The notes under the pieces are model-generated. The model had not been told where the DNA came from. It did no database searches and worked only from the letters and a program-made list of their open reading frames with translations. Made by a program: the position numbers and the translations under genes. Below are positions 49,398-59,608 of a DNA stretch of 64,000 nucleotides, one piece after another; the first letter of the stretch is position 1, and every line of letters begins with the position of its first letter. The DNA is from Shigella phage ESh27. Where the stretch lies: the sequence record ON528737; one strand, written 5' to 3'.

Positions 49398-50540
49398 ATG
49401 ACATTCACTGTCACGTTATCTCCTTTAACTCCTACAGGGGTTATTGGAGGTTCACAAACATTCACTGCTACACCTGCAGGTGAAACTCCAGATGGTACTA
49501 TTACATATGTCTGGACTGTAGATGATATAGCACAGGAGTCTACGGCTGCTACAATGGATTATACTCTTGCTTCTCCGGCAGGAACAAAAAAAATTAAAGT
49601 GGTTGCAACTAATACACTTTCCGCAGGAGATCCGGAAATAGCTGAAGCGTCAACAACTATCACTGTTAATAAGAAAGAAAATAATTCTACCGTCGCTGTT
49701 ACTCCGGCTTCTCCGGCGGCAGTAGAAATTGGAACAGCAACAACATTCACTGCTAATGTAAGCAATCAACCTAGTGGTGCTGCTATTGCTTATACATGGA
49801 AAGTTGATGGGGTCGCTGTTGATGGTCAAAAGCAATCAACCTTTGAATATACACCAACAACTGAAGGAACTAAGTCTATAACTTGCTCTGTCACAGTGAC
49901 TGCAACTGATTACGTTGATAAAACAGTAGAATCATCAGCGGTTTCTTTGACTGTAAATAAAAAGGCTAATTCTTCAACACTAAAAATTACGCCTGAGTCT
50001 CCGACTACAGTCTTTGGTGTTCCTATTACTTTAACTGCAAATGTCTCCGGTGCACCTTCAGGTGCTACTACATCATTCCAGTGGTCAATGGATGACAGTA
50101 ATATTCCAGATGCAACTTCTGCTACGTATAAATTCACTCCAACCGAGGTCGGAAGTAAAACTCTTAAATGCACCGTATCTGTTTCTGCATCAAATTATGT
50201 TACAAAAGAAATTTCAGCAGAAGCAACAGTAGTAACTAATAATGCTACATTTAATAGTGCCACCATTTCTTTATCTCCCCCATCAGTTAATACTACTGTT
50301 GGTGGAACTGCAACTTTAACAGCATCTGTTACTGGTGCTCCAGGTGATACTAATATTGTGTATTCTTGGAAGAAAGACAACGTAGCAGAAAGTAATTCTA
50401 CTAATACTTACAGTATTGATACCTCCTCAGCTGGTACTCATACAATTAAAGTTGAAGCAGTATTAACTAAAGATAACTATACTTCAAAGACAATTAGTTC
50501 AACCGCTGAAGTTGTTATTGCTGAACGGACTCCAATTGAA
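49398..50540 (+). repeat. four tandem Ig-like domain repeats in hoc
   Basis: Four ~95-aa units each with (T/S)F(T/Q)A..., Y.W... and T..VT/VS..NY/DY signatures. Confidence 0.7.
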
Positions 50541-50813
50541 CCAGAAGGTGAACTACCTTATGTTCATCCTCTTCCACACCGTACTTCAGCTTACATCTGG
50601 TGTGGTTGGTGGGTTATGGATGAAATCCAAAAAATGACTGAAGAAGGTAAAGATTGGAAAATTGACGATCCAGGTAGTAAGTATTACTTGCATCGTTATA
50701 CGCTTCAGAAGATGATGAAAGACTATCCAGAAGTTGATGTTCAAGAATCACGTAATGGATACATCATCCATAAAACTGCGCTAGAAACTGGTATCATTTA
50801 TACATATCCATAA
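49398..50813 (+). CDS. hoc: Hoc highly immunogenic outer capsid protein (4 Ig-like domains + capsid-binding domain)
   Basis: 471 aa; N-terminus MTFTV...TFTATP and C-terminal EPEGELPYVHPLPHR.SAYIWCGWWVMDEIQKMTEEGKDWK match T4 Hoc; four ~95-aa Ig-like repeats. Confidence 0.92.
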   Translation: MTFTVTLSPLTPTGVIGGSQTFTATPAGETPDGTITYVWTVDDIAQESTAATMDYTLASPAGTKKIKVVATNTLSAGDPEIAEASTTITVNKKENNSTVAVTPASPAAVEIGTATTFTANVSNQPSGAAIAYTWKVDGVAVDGQKQSTFEYTPTTEGTKSITCSVTVTATDYVDKTVESSAVSLTVNKKANSSTLKITPESPTTVFGVPITLTANVSGAPSGATTSFQWSMDDSNIPDATSATYKFTPTEVGSKTLKCTVSVSASNYVTKEISAEATVVTNNATFNSATISLSPPSVNTTVGGTATLTASVTGAPGDTNIVYSWKKDNVAESNSTNTYSIDTSSAGTHTIKVEAVLTKDNYTSKTISSTAEVVIAERTPIEPEGELPYVHPLPHRTSAYIWCGWWVMDEIQKMTEEGKDWKIDDPGSKYYLHRYTLQKMMKDYPEVDVQESRNGYIIHKTALETGIIYTYP

Positions 50814-50817
50814 TCGT

Positions 50818-50845
50818 AAGGGGCTTCGGCCCCTTTCTTCGTTTT
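50818..50845 (+). terminator. rho-independent terminator after hoc
   Basis: AAGGGGC-TTCG-GCCCCTT hairpin followed by T-rich tract. Confidence 0.6.
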
Positions 50846-50907
50846 AAAGCATATAAAACACAACTTGAGATTGATGTATATAATGGCACAAACCAAATAA
50901 CACTGGA

Positions 50908-51108
50908 TTGATTATGAGAGCTGAAGTTGAAGTTTATACATTACATGAGGCGGGATTTTCATTCGTAGAAATTGCTCAAAAAATCGGTTTACAACCTAAA
51001 GAAGTTGGATTACTATGGACTAAAGCCGAGACAGCTCGGTCAAAGTTTAAAGCAAAAGAAAAAGTTGTATACCGTAAACGTTTGATTAACAAAAAGGTGA
51101 AGAAATGA
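50908..51108 (+). CDS. hypothetical protein (66 aa), 24.3 slot
   Basis: ORF track; between hoc and rnlB. Confidence 0.45.
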   Translation: MIMRAEVEVYTLHEAGFSFVEIAQKIGLQPKEVGLLWTKAETARSKFKAKEKVVYRKRLINKKVKK

Positions 51109-51356
51109 GTTTTGCACAGGAATTAAGAGAAAGGGCCCTGGCCACTAAAGCCAATTTGTTGAGTGATTTTATTACTAACTTCTCTGTGATGGCAGAGAAA
51201 GCCGCTGACAAAGGCCAGACACAATTCACGTACTATCCGTCAAAGAATGATTTAACTATAACTGAACAAGTCGGTCAATGGCTTCGTGATAATGGCTTTC
51301 AGTACAAAATTAATCATGACCAGCGTGATGGTCATTGGATAGAAATCAAGTTCTAA
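51105..51356 (+). CDS. hypothetical protein (83 aa), 24.2 slot
   Basis: ORF track; ATGA overlap with upstream ORF. Confidence 0.45.
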   Translation: MSFAQELRERALATKANLLSDFITNFSVMAEKAADKGQTQFTYYPSKNDLTITEQVGQWLRDNGFQYKINHDQRDGHWIEIKF

Positions 51357-51384
51357 TATGCTTTACATTTTTTGATGGTATAAT
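51356..51384 (+). promoter_or_regulatory. MotA-dependent middle promoter (rnlB)
   Basis: MotA box ATATGCTTTA (51356-51365), 13-nt spacer, -10 TATAAT (51379-51384). Confidence 0.5.
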
Positions 51385-51475
51385 GAATCTAGGTTCTATC
51401 CATTCAAATTAAACATCGGGTCGGAGATAGAGTCTCTGCTAATTATTTTGATATTATTATTTATAATGGTGATTT

Positions 51476-52483
51476 ATGTTTAAGAAATACAGCAGTCTTG
51501 AAAACCACTACAATAGCAAGTTTATTGAGAAAATTCGTTCACAAGGACTTGATGTAGGCGTTTGGGTAGCACGTGAGAAAATCCATGGGACCAACTTCTC
51601 GTTAATAATTGAACGTGACAACGTCACATGCGCCAAGCGCACAGGCCCTATTCTTCCAGCAGAAGATTTTTATGGTTATGAAATAGTACTCAAAAAGTAT
51701 GATAAAGCTATTAAAGGCGTTCAAGAAGTCATGGGCAGTATTTCAACTTCAGTGCCGGTGACATATCAAGTCTTTGGTGAATTCGCTGGTGGTGGAATTC
51801 AGAAAGGTGTTGACTACGGTGAAAAAGATTTCTATGTATTCGATATCATCATAAACACTGAAAGCGGTGATACTTATTACATGAGTGATTACGAAATGCA
51901 AGATTTCTGTAATACGTTTGGTTTTAAAATGGCACCAATGCTTGGACGTGGAACATTTGATGCTCTTATCATGATTCCAAACGACCTTGATTCCGTCTTA
52001 GCCGCTTATAACGCTACTGCATCAGAAGACCTTGTCGAAGCAAATAATTGCGTATTTGATGCTAATGTTATTGGCGATAATACGGCAGAAGGTTATGTTC
52101 TGAAGCCTTGTTTCCCTAAATGGCTGCCAAACGGTACTCGTGTAGCGATTAAGTGCAAGAACTCTAAATTCAGTGAAAAGAAAAAGTCTGATAAGCCTAT
52201 TAAAACTCAGGTTCCATTAACTGAAATTGACAAAAACTTGCTTGATGTTCTAGCTTGTTATGTTACATTAAATCGTGTTAATAATGTTATTTCTAAGATT
52301 GGGACTGTAACGCCAAAAGATTTTGGCAAAGTGATGGGATTGACTGTTCAAGATATTCTGGAAGAAACTTCTCGTGAAGGTATTGTATTAACATCATCTG
52401 ATAATCCGAATCTTGTTAAGAAAGAATTAGTCCGAATGGTGCAAGATGTTCTGCGTCCTGCATGGATTGAATTAGTATCATAA
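51476..52483 (+). CDS. rnlB: RNA ligase 2
   Basis: 335 aa; [19 protein letters not shown]... and adenylation lysine motif [10 protein letters not shown] match recalled T4 Rnl2 (334 aa). Confidence 0.92.
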   Translation: MFKKYSSLENHYNSKFIEKIRSQGLDVGVWVAREKIHGTNFSLIIERDNVTCAKRTGPILPAEDFYGYEIVLKKYDKAIKGVQEVMGSISTSVPVTYQVFGEFAGGGIQKGVDYGEKDFYVFDIIINTESGDTYYMSDYEMQDFCNTFGFKMAPMLGRGTFDALIMIPNDLDSVLAAYNATASEDLVEANNCVFDANVIGDNTAEGYVLKPCFPKWLPNGTRVAIKCKNSKFSEKKKSDKPIKTQVPLTEIDKNLLDVLACYVTLNRVNNVISKIGTVTPKDFGKVMGLTVQDILEETSREGIVLTSSDNPNLVKKELVRMVQDVLRPAWIELVS

Positions 52484-52484
52484 C

Positions 52485-52515
52485 AAAAAAAAAAGGGACC
52501 GTAAGGTCCCTTTTT
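52485..52515. terminator. bidirectional terminator between rnlB and gene 24
   Basis: A10-GGGACC-GTAA-GGTCCC-T5: symmetric hairpin with A-run and T-run. Confidence 0.7.
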
Positions 52516-52518
52516 CGT

Positions 52519-53802
52519 TTATTCATCTATAATAATTTTAGGCAATTTAACACCAAGTAAAACAGACAAGTCTGAACGTCCTGCCATTTTATCCATGTCC
52601 CCGCCATCAATTACTCTCGCTTCTTTTTCATCTTTTGCTACTGTGTAAGGATTTGCTGATAAAGCATATCTAACCAATAAACCTATAGATGGTTGTAAGC
52701 TTTCCGGATCAACTACAACTTTAAATGCACCGACATGTTCCGGGTCGTCTAAATCCATTCCTTCAGTGTATGGAGCATAAAAGATGGACCCTACAATTTC
52801 TTTTTCGCCGATATTTTCTACAACACCCACAATAACATAATCTAACGGACTGTTAGTATCGCAATAAAGCGGTAAACCATTAGCTAAGAACCCGTAAGCA
52901 TTTTGTGAAAGATACTTATCATCTTCTGGTTTATGTTTTAACCAACCGGAAGCAGCAAGAATAGCAGCTGCACGAGCTGAAGCTACACAAAACGTCGCAG
53001 TATAAGTTGACTCTTTTTGAATGTGGGATACCATTTCACACACCATTCGATATAACGAACGACCTGCTTCCGGAGCGGATGCATAGCTCAAGTCAATAAA
53101 TCCAGTGTCAGTAATTCCAGTAACTTTATAACGTTTCGATACAGTAATTAAAGACTGAAGAATATCTTTATTAATTTCATCAGCCATTTCAGTAGCAAGC
53201 AAATCTTCTAAGAAGTTAGGGGCATCAAATCCATTCGCTTCCAAATCTTGCGCTAATTCAACCGTGAGACCGGTTTTAAGTTTACGAGATTTGACTGAAG
53301 TTTGCCATTTATTAATCTGGAATCTTGCATCAGAAATTTCGCTACCAGAGCTTTCAAATTTGCTTGTCACCGCTGCATCTGAAAATAACCGTACCTTTAA
53401 ATGAACGACTGCAATCTGAAGAGCCAATTCTAGATCACTTTCTTGAATATCTGCAAATGGCGTATCTTCTAACACTTTATAGACGATATTATTATATTTG
53501 AAAAAATCGCCTTTATTTAGTGTGACTTTTGATTCTTCTGTGAGCTCGGTAATTTTTTCTCGGTCTACATATCCAGCTTCACCTGCATAAGTAGCACCAG
53601 TTTTAAACGTTAATTCGTTGTCTGGGTTAAGATATTTGATACCATAAAAAGCAGCAACAGGTTGATTAGTTCTTTGTGTTGCTACAATGTCAGAATATAT
53701 TAATTTAGTCGTAGCGCGAGTCAAAGCAACGAGATTTGGGCGACCAATTGAGTTGCTAGTAGACGTTGTAGATTCACGCAATAATTTTTGGATTTTACTC
53801 AT
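52519..53802 (-). CDS. 24: gp24 head vertex protein
   Basis: 427 aa (T4 gp24 427 aa); gp23-like fold region; synteny; late promoter upstream. Confidence 0.9.
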   Translation of the reverse strand: MSKIQKLLRESTTSTSNSIGRPNLVALTRATTKLIYSDIVATQRTNQPVAAFYGIKYLNPDNELTFKTGATYAGEAGYVDREKITELTEESKVTLNKGDFFKYNNIVYKVLEDTPFADIQESDLELALQIAVVHLKVRLFSDAAVTSKFESSGSEISDARFQINKWQTSVKSRKLKTGLTVELAQDLEANGFDAPNFLEDLLATEMADEINKDILQSLITVSKRYKVTGITDTGFIDLSYASAPEAGRSLYRMVCEMVSHIQKESTYTATFCVASARAAAILAASGWLKHKPEDDKYLSQNAYGFLANGLPLYCDTNSPLDYVIVGVVENIGEKEIVGSIFYAPYTEGMDLDDPEHVGAFKVVVDPESLQPSIGLLVRYALSANPYTVAKDEKEARVIDGGDMDKMAGRSDLSVLLGVKLPKIIIDE

Positions 53803-53828
53803 TGCATTTTTCCTTATGTGATATAGAT

Positions 53829-53836
53829 TATTTATA
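53829..53836 (-). promoter_or_regulatory. late promoter TATAAATA (gene 24)
   Basis: Reverse-strand TATAAATA ~27 nt upstream of gene 24 ATG. Confidence 0.55.
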
Positions 53837-53842
53837 AAGATT

Positions 53843-53872
53843 GTTTACAACGTATTTGGTATGTGATACTAT
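53843..53872 (+). promoter_or_regulatory. early sigma70-type promoter (89-aa ORF between 24 and 23)
   Basis: -35 GTTTAC, 18-nt spacer, -10 TACTAT in TGTGATACTATAGAC block. Confidence 0.5.
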
Positions 53873-53902
53873 AGACTTATTAACTACAGAGGAGTAAACA
53901 AA

Positions 53903-54172
53903 ATGACTAAAGCACGTTTCTTACGAGATACTTTAAAAGTTCTGGAAGCTGAAGCGGTTAAGTTAGTAGAAAAATATGGTGCAAAAGTTAATGGTAATGC
54001 CTTCAACAAAGTATGGATGAAAGTTGATTCTGAAGCTCGAGCTAAAGGCTATTGGGCCACCGATAAACTTGCATCATTCAAAAACAAAGACGGTTCTCCA
54101 GCATATGTCCAAGAAGGTATGCCTAATTGGCAAAATATTTTGAAAACTTACATCGAAATTGCACAGAAATAA
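53903..54172 (+). CDS. hypothetical protein (89 aa) in the 23/24 intergenic accessory slot
   Basis: Own early promoter 53843-53872 and AGAGGAG SD; opposite strand to flanking late genes; T4 carries segD at this position. Confidence 0.5.
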   Translation: MTKARFLRDTLKVLEAEAVKLVEKYGAKVNGNAFNKVWMKVDSEARAKGYWATDKLASFKNKDGSPAYVQEGMPNWQNILKTYIEIAQK

Positions 54173-54200
54173 AACCAAAAATGGGAGACCGAAGTCTCCC
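54171..54200 (-). terminator. rho-independent terminator after gene 23
   Basis: Minus-strand GGGAGAC-UUCG-GUCUCCC then AUUUUUGGUUUU. Confidence 0.7.
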
Positions 54201-54224
54201 AAAATAAGATTTAATCAATTAAGA

Positions 54225-55793
54225 TTAGATGCCTTTTACATATACACGGCGGAAGTAAGCGTTCTTACCAAGGCTGTTCAGGATAGACGGCATACCGGAC
54301 TGGATGCGAGCACCTGGAGCCTGCAGGGAACTTTCAGCAAACGGGTTAACACCGATACCGTAACGAGTTTTAAAGCCCATTACCGGCTGGAAGTTCTTAG
54401 GATCGGAACCACGCAGTGGGGTAAGTGCAACGTAAGGAGCATAGTAAATACCTGCATCCATTTCGTTAGCGCCTTTGTAACCAACGGTGAAGTAATCCTG
54501 TTTAGCATATTGGTCGATGTATACGCGGTATTTACCACCAAGTACACCGGCAAATACGGACTTAGTAGTGTCGGTATTAAAACCAGAAGCCAGACCCTGT
54601 GCAGCATAAGAAATGCCAGTATCAACTGAAGCCAGTACGTTAACTACGTTACGGGAAGCGATAATGAAGTTACCTTCACCACGACCGGTTTGACGAGCAA
54701 TTTCAACTGCTTCTTTATCAATCTGGAACAACAGAGATTTAAAGCTTTCACCAGCCCAACGAGCACCACGGATATCAATCGGGTCCTGGAAGTCAAATAC
54801 ACCAGCTTTAGAACCCGGAGTCAGGGTCATACCAGATTTACCAACCTGAGCGGAGTAGTTAATCCAGTCAACAACTTCACGGTTGATTTCTAGCATAATT
54901 TCTGTAGCCAGGATACCGCTCAGTTCAGCATCAGCATCCATACCGTGTACTGCACGGAGGTCTTGTGCCAATTCGATGGAGTAAGCTGCTTTCAGCTGAC
55001 GAGATTTAGCTTCAATAACTTGTTTGTCGATACGGAAGCCCATTTCGTTCCATGGGTTATCAGTAGAACCGTTGAAACCTTCCTGGAGTTCAGCGATAGA
55101 AGTAGCCATACCTTCAGCGATTTCTACCAGTGCACCAGCTTCCATTTGTTTCTTAATTTCAGCATCTAATTTAGTTGCATCGTTAGCACTAGCATCGATT
55201 GTTACTACAGCGGAAGCTTGCAGATATACAGTACCAGTTTCCTGGAAGAAGTGAGTATAGATATCACCTACAACGGTTTGTGTGCTAGCAGCCAACGCCG
55301 GGAATTTCTTAGCAGCGCCCTGACCAGAGAACATTGCATCCGGAGCATACATCGGATGGAAAGCTTCTTTAGCGCCAGCAGCGATAGGGTCTTTACCATA
55401 TACTGCACGGAGAGCAAATACCTGACCGGTAGGGCTGTTCATAGGCTGAACACCACAAATATCAAAAGCGATCAGATTAGGAATAGCACGACGAACCATA
55501 CCCATAACTGCTGGCCCAATCTGGGTTACTGCACCAGAGGTTTGACCTGCTGCGATGTTCTGAGCATTATAACCGTGGTCACCACCAATTTCAGCTTCGG
55601 TCAAGAAAGAACCAAATGCCTGAGCGATTTTCTCGTCTTTATATTCAGGGGATACTTCGAAATCTTTTTCCTGGTTTTCGAAGATTTTAGCGATAATAGC
55701 CTGCTTGCTATTAGCGATTTCCGGCAGGCCTTCACCTTCCAGCAGTTCTTTCCATTTGTCTACGAGCTGAGCTTTAGTTTTGATAGTAGTCAT
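54225..55793 (-). CDS. 23: gp23 major capsid protein
   Basis: 522 aa; N-terminal propeptide ..FLTEAEIGGDHGYNA.. cleavage region and overall sequence match T4 gp23 (521 aa). Confidence 0.97.
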   Translation of the reverse strand: MTTIKTKAQLVDKWKELLEGEGLPEIANSKQAIIAKIFENQEKDFEVSPEYKDEKIAQAFGSFLTEAEIGGDHGYNAQNIAAGQTSGAVTQIGPAVMGMVRRAIPNLIAFDICGVQPMNSPTGQVFALRAVYGKDPIAAGAKEAFHPMYAPDAMFSGQGAAKKFPALAASTQTVVGDIYTHFFQETGTVYLQASAVVTIDASANDATKLDAEIKKQMEAGALVEIAEGMATSIAELQEGFNGSTDNPWNEMGFRIDKQVIEAKSRQLKAAYSIELAQDLRAVHGMDADAELSGILATEIMLEINREVVDWINYSAQVGKSGMTLTPGSKAGVFDFQDPIDIRGARWAGESFKSLLFQIDKEAVEIARQTGRGEGNFIIASRNVVNVLASVDTGISYAAQGLASGFNTDTTKSVFAGVLGGKYRVYIDQYAKQDYFTVGYKGANEMDAGIYYAPYVALTPLRGSDPKNFQPVMGFKTRYGIGVNPFAESSLQAPGARIQSGMPSILNSLGKNAYFRRVYVKGI

Positions 55794-55810
55794 TTGTGTT
55801 AACCTTTAAA

Positions 55811-56623
55811 TTAGAAACGAGATGCGACTTTCGCATATAAACTTACATTAGAATTCTGTTCTACCTGAGTTGTGGTAGTGTCAACTGCTTCGGCAACAAA
55901 ATTAAGACCGGCAGCGTCATTGTCAACTGTATTTATACTTTCGGTAATAGCGGCTTCTTCTTTAGTAGAACCTTTAACCATTTCTACAATAGCAGTTAAC
56001 TTAGTACCAAATGCGTCAGAATAATCCATACCTTCAACCAGGCCAATAACTTTTTCTTTCTGAGATTCAGTCAGGTCTTTTACGCTTTCATTAATAGCAG
56101 TTTCACGCTGAACGTAATTGATATATGCATCACGTTTGGTAACTTCTTCGAACAAACGAGCGGTTTCTTCTTTATGTTCGGCCAGCTCTTCTTCCATTTC
56201 TGCTACAACATCTACAGATTCTTCTGGAACAACAACGTTATGTTCAACAAACAGTTCTTTCAGACCACCAAGCATGGATTCAAACAAATCAGCTTTAATG
56301 CCTTTATCAACTGCGATTTGGTTTTCTGCGAGCCATTCTTTTGCAAGATGGTCCAGGAATTTAGAAGCTTGTTCAGCCAATTTTTTATCAGCTTTCTCTT
56401 CAGCATCTTCTTTAGCCTTTTCAACTTCTTCTTCGGCTTTTTCGGCGATGGCTTTGATATGAGATTCAGCAAGTTTGACTGCTTCCTGCTTAACGGTGGC
56501 TTCGAATACAGTGCTGAAATTAGCTTTAACGTCCGGAGACAGTTCTACTGATTCGAAAACACTATTAAGAGCAACTGAAGTCTCGATATTCTGAGCTTCT
56601 TTCAAAAGTTGTTCTTTGATCAT
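55811..56623 (-). CDS. 22: gp22 prohead scaffold core protein
   Basis: 270 aa, highly charged coiled-coil; synteny 21-22-23. Confidence 0.88.
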   Translation of the reverse strand: MIKEQLLKEAQNIETSVALNSVFESVELSPDVKANFSTVFEATVKQEAVKLAESHIKAIAEKAEEEVEKAKEDAEEKADKKLAEQASKFLDHLAKEWLAENQIAVDKGIKADLFESMLGGLKELFVEHNVVVPEESVDVVAEMEEELAEHKEETARLFEEVTKRDAYINYVQRETAINESVKDLTESQKEKVIGLVEGMDYSDAFGTKLTAIVEMVKGSTKEEAAITESINTVDNDAAGLNFVAEAVDTTTTQVEQNSNVSLYAKVASRF

Positions 56624-56653
56624 TTTAGTGTCCTGTGGTTTAGATTACATTAT

Positions 56654-56661
56654 TATTTATA
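56654..56661 (-). promoter_or_regulatory. late promoter TATAAATA (gene 22)
   Basis: Reverse-strand TATAAATA at the gene 21/22 junction. Confidence 0.5.
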
Positions 56662-57298
56662 ATGCTTTTAAACTCTCTGCGAGAGCTTTAAATGCTTCAT
56701 CAGCACTGTTTTTGGTGATTTCCACCGAATTTTCTGATTCTGATATTTGTTTAGGAGTAACCCAAGCATCTGGAGCAGAAGGTCCCCATACGGCATCTAC
56801 GCCGACGGTTAATTTAAATCCTTCGTTCACGATACGGTACCCTTTATTGGTGTCGGTTAAAGAACCAAGACCACGAGAGGAAACACCTGGAATCCAACCA
56901 GCTCGTATATTAGCAGCTAATTTATCGCCGGGACCATGGTCGCCTTCAATAATTCTAGCGCGTCCATATACATCGTTTCCTTTCCACCACATATCTTCAA
57001 TAATGATAGCGGCTTGCATAGGGTCAACATTTGCGCGAGGTGGATGGTTTAATTCTCCAAGGGCTTGTTTAGTTGCGACTTGTTCTTTAATATAGTCACT
57101 TACTGCTTTTTCCAAAACGCGTTTAGGATATAAACGTTTATTTCGGTTAACAACCTCTGCCTGAAGAAAAATACCTTCTATATAAAGCCCTGGTTTTAAG
57201 CCAGAATCTTTTCCATCATGAGATTCCAACATTGGAACGCCATCAATAATCTCACCGGGTTGACCCCAAGTTTCAATAAGTAACTCGGGTTTATTCAT
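56657..57298 (-). CDS. 21: gp21 prohead protease
   Basis: 213 aa (T4 gp21 212 aa); synteny. Confidence 0.88.
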   Translation of the reverse strand: MNKPELLIETWGQPGEIIDGVPMLESHDGKDSGLKPGLYIEGIFLQAEVVNRNKRLYPKRVLEKAVSDYIKEQVATKQALGELNHPPRANVDPMQAAIIIEDMWWKGNDVYGRARIIEGDHGPGDKLAANIRAGWIPGVSSRGLGSLTDTNKGYRIVNEGFKLTVGVDAVWGPSAPDAWVTPKQISESENSVEITKNSADEAFKALAESLKAL

Positions 57299-57723
57299 TA
57301 GCTTAATCCTAATGCTTTACGACGTTTAAGAGCTTTTTTACGCTTACGCAAGCCTTTAACTTGGCCTGAAGGGTTAGCTTTTTTAGCTTTAACGACCTTA
57401 CGAGCGATTTGTCTACGTTTTGCTTTAGAAAGACCGGTTGTTTGGAACGCGTTACGTTCACGAGTTTTACGGTCTTTAGTGCGGGTGACTTCACCGCGAG
57501 AAGAAACATGTTTAACGATAAACTCATTTAACTGTTCTTCATTAATAATGGAAGCCATTGCAACAGCTAAATCCGTTTCAGTTTCAAGCATGTTCTCGAT
57601 AATAGTATTTATATCGTCAATATCGAGAGCAGAAGACAATGCATCGATTCGGCCCTGTGCTTCAGGAATAAGTGCTTCGACATTTTCGAGTACCAATTCA
57701 TAAGATTCAGGGATAAGATACAT
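57298..57723 (-). CDS. 68: gp68 prohead core protein
   Basis: 141 aa (T4 gp68 141 aa); synteny. Confidence 0.75.
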   Translation of the reverse strand: MYLIPESYELVLENVEALIPEAQGRIDALSSALDIDDINTIIENMLETETDLAVAMASIINEEQLNEFIVKHVSSRGEVTRTKDRKTRERNAFQTTGLSKAKRRQIARKVVKAKKANPSGQVKGLRKRKKALKRRKALGLS

Positions 57724-57953
57724 TATTCATCGTCCTCATCATCTTCGTCGTCATCGTCTTCATCAGCGTCGTCTTCCGAAGCTTTAGCTTTCTTTTCTTC
57801 TTCAGGTTCTTCGCCTTCAATCAAAAATTGAGAAGCGATTTCTGCTTTGCGTGCTTCAATCAAATGAACCGTTTTTTCTGCCATTGCACTTTCAAAAAAC
57901 TTTCGAGTAGCAACGAGGTCGTTTGATTTAATAGCTTGAATTAAATCGTCCAT
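57723..57953 (-). CDS. 67: gp67 prohead core protein
   Basis: 76 aa with poly-acidic C-terminus ([11 protein letters not shown]); synteny between 20 and 68. Confidence 0.72.
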   Translation of the reverse strand: MDDLIQAIKSNDLVATRKFFESAMAEKTVHLIEARKAEIASQFLIEGEEPEEEKKAKASEDDADEDDDDEDDEDDE

Positions 57954-59524
57954 TAAAAATCCTCTTGTTCTTGGTCGGGGTCTTGGAAACGAGCCTCTTT
58001 CGACTCTTCTTCAATTTGCTTAGCCTCTTGTTCAATTTCCTCGTCAGACATCTGAAGAATATCTTTCATAGCTGTTCTGTGAGAAATATATTTACCAATA
58101 AATGGTTCGGCCATCTGAAGCATATTAATGCGACGCTCCAGAATCTCAGCATCCTTTAATTCCGAGAAATAACTATCCCGATGAAATTTTATCTTAATAT
58201 TATTTATTTCATCATTCCACTCATCTTCTGTAATAATTCCTTTAAGAATTAAATTGGTTTTAAGCGGATCTAGGAATATCTCTTCAAATTTATGTTGCAG
58301 CTCACGAATAAATTTACCAAATGTCAATTCATCTCGTGTAATAGAAGTACCGGCATCAAACTGTATACCGCCTTGGTCGCTTGGAATACGGGTAATTGGA
58401 ATACGTAAAGCCATATAAAGCGCATTACGGAACCAACGTACATCTTCCATATTTCCAGTATTATCTGCACCCGGTAATGTATCAACTTCTGTTACTGCTT
58501 TACCATCACGTCGTTGTAACCAATAATCTTCGGTCATCGACATAATATGCTGCTGGTTTTTAATCTTGCCTGTAGTAGCATCATATGCAATACGGTTTTT
58601 CATCGTATTCATAACATGTTGCATATGTTCTGCTGCTTTTCTTGAAGGCATATTACCTGTATCAACGTACCATACACGACGATCAGGAGCACGAGTAATA
58701 CGATAAATTACGACGGCATCTTCAAGAAGTTTTAATTGGTTCGCCGGCTTAATAGCCCGATGCAAATAACCAATGATATTTTTACCACAACAATCAACTA
58801 AACCAGAATGGGCATAAACAATCGCGGCTTTAGGGATTTTTATTTTTGTGCCAGCTTCATATATGCGACCGTCACAAGCATAAGATTCGTGTGATGTGTC
58901 ATAAATGAAATATTCTTTATAACCCTTGACTATTTTAACACCGGCTTCAGTGGTTGTAATAACTTCACGGACATATTGAACTTGACGTGGGTCTAAACGA
59001 CGAAGCTCTTTAATACCTTCTTTAGGGCGTTTAGGGTCAATAATTTTATGGAAGAAAATTCGAGAATCCACATACCAACGTCTAAAATGGTCTGAACCTT
59101 TACGTTGGAAAGATAAATGATTTAACACTTCGTTAAATTCATCCAACATCATTGATTTGATATTTGGACTAAATTTTGTGTTGTCTAAATTTATAGAAAC
59201 GACTTCTGTATCATCTTCATATACGATAGCATCGGAAACTATTTCAGAGACTGCATTGTCTACTTCATAGTTCGTCATCAAATTTCGGTATGTATCGATT
59301 AATTCACGGGTTGATTTGAGCCCTGGTTCTTGGCTACCAAACATTCTCTGAAACATAGCATTATATGTTTGCTGTGCTTCATTTTCAGATACTTCGTATT
59401 CTTTAGCACCATCATCTAATTTTGGTGTGGTAATCGATTCTAAATTTTCTTTTTCTTGGTCTTTGTAATCACGTTCGTCCATTTTTGCCCATGGAGCAAA
59501 CAAACTTAAGATATTAAATTTCAT
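57953..59524 (-). CDS. 20: gp20 portal vertex protein
   Basis: 523 aa (T4 gp20 524 aa); synteny; late promoter upstream. Confidence 0.92.
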   Translation of the reverse strand: MKFNILSLFAPWAKMDERDYKDQEKENLESITTPKLDDGAKEYEVSENEAQQTYNAMFQRMFGSQEPGLKSTRELIDTYRNLMTNYEVDNAVSEIVSDAIVYEDDTEVVSINLDNTKFSPNIKSMMLDEFNEVLNHLSFQRKGSDHFRRWYVDSRIFFHKIIDPKRPKEGIKELRRLDPRQVQYVREVITTTEAGVKIVKGYKEYFIYDTSHESYACDGRIYEAGTKIKIPKAAIVYAHSGLVDCCGKNIIGYLHRAIKPANQLKLLEDAVVIYRITRAPDRRVWYVDTGNMPSRKAAEHMQHVMNTMKNRIAYDATTGKIKNQQHIMSMTEDYWLQRRDGKAVTEVDTLPGADNTGNMEDVRWFRNALYMALRIPITRIPSDQGGIQFDAGTSITRDELTFGKFIRELQHKFEEIFLDPLKTNLILKGIITEDEWNDEINNIKIKFHRDSYFSELKDAEILERRINMLQMAEPFIGKYISHRTAMKDILQMSDEEIEQEAKQIEEESKEARFQDPDQEQEDF

Positions 59525-59552
59525 TGTATTCTCCGAATGGGAATTATAGTTA

Positions 59553-59560
59553 TATTTATA
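59553..59560 (-). promoter_or_regulatory. late promoter TATAAATA (gene 20)
   Basis: Reverse-strand TATAAATA ~30 nt upstream of gene 20 ATG. Confidence 0.55.
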
Positions 59561-59584
59561 TGGACTTCTCCGTCATCACGGGAA

Positions 59585-59604
59585 GTTGGGGAGAAATCCC
59601 CAAC
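59585..59604 (-). terminator. intercistronic hairpin after gene 19
   Basis: 7-bp stem GTTGGGG/CCCCAAC with 6-nt loop, 5 nt after gene 19 stop; no U-run. Confidence 0.3.
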
Positions 59605-59608
59605 CAGA

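Noticed and set aside
55218-55802. 194-aa plus-strand ORF antisense to gene 23
   Set aside because: Lies entirely within the highly conserved major capsid gene on the opposite strand; no promoter or SD.
56118-56551. Plus-strand ORFs of 114 and 125 aa antisense to gene 22
   Set aside because: Artefacts of the low-complexity, charge-rich scaffold gene; no start context.
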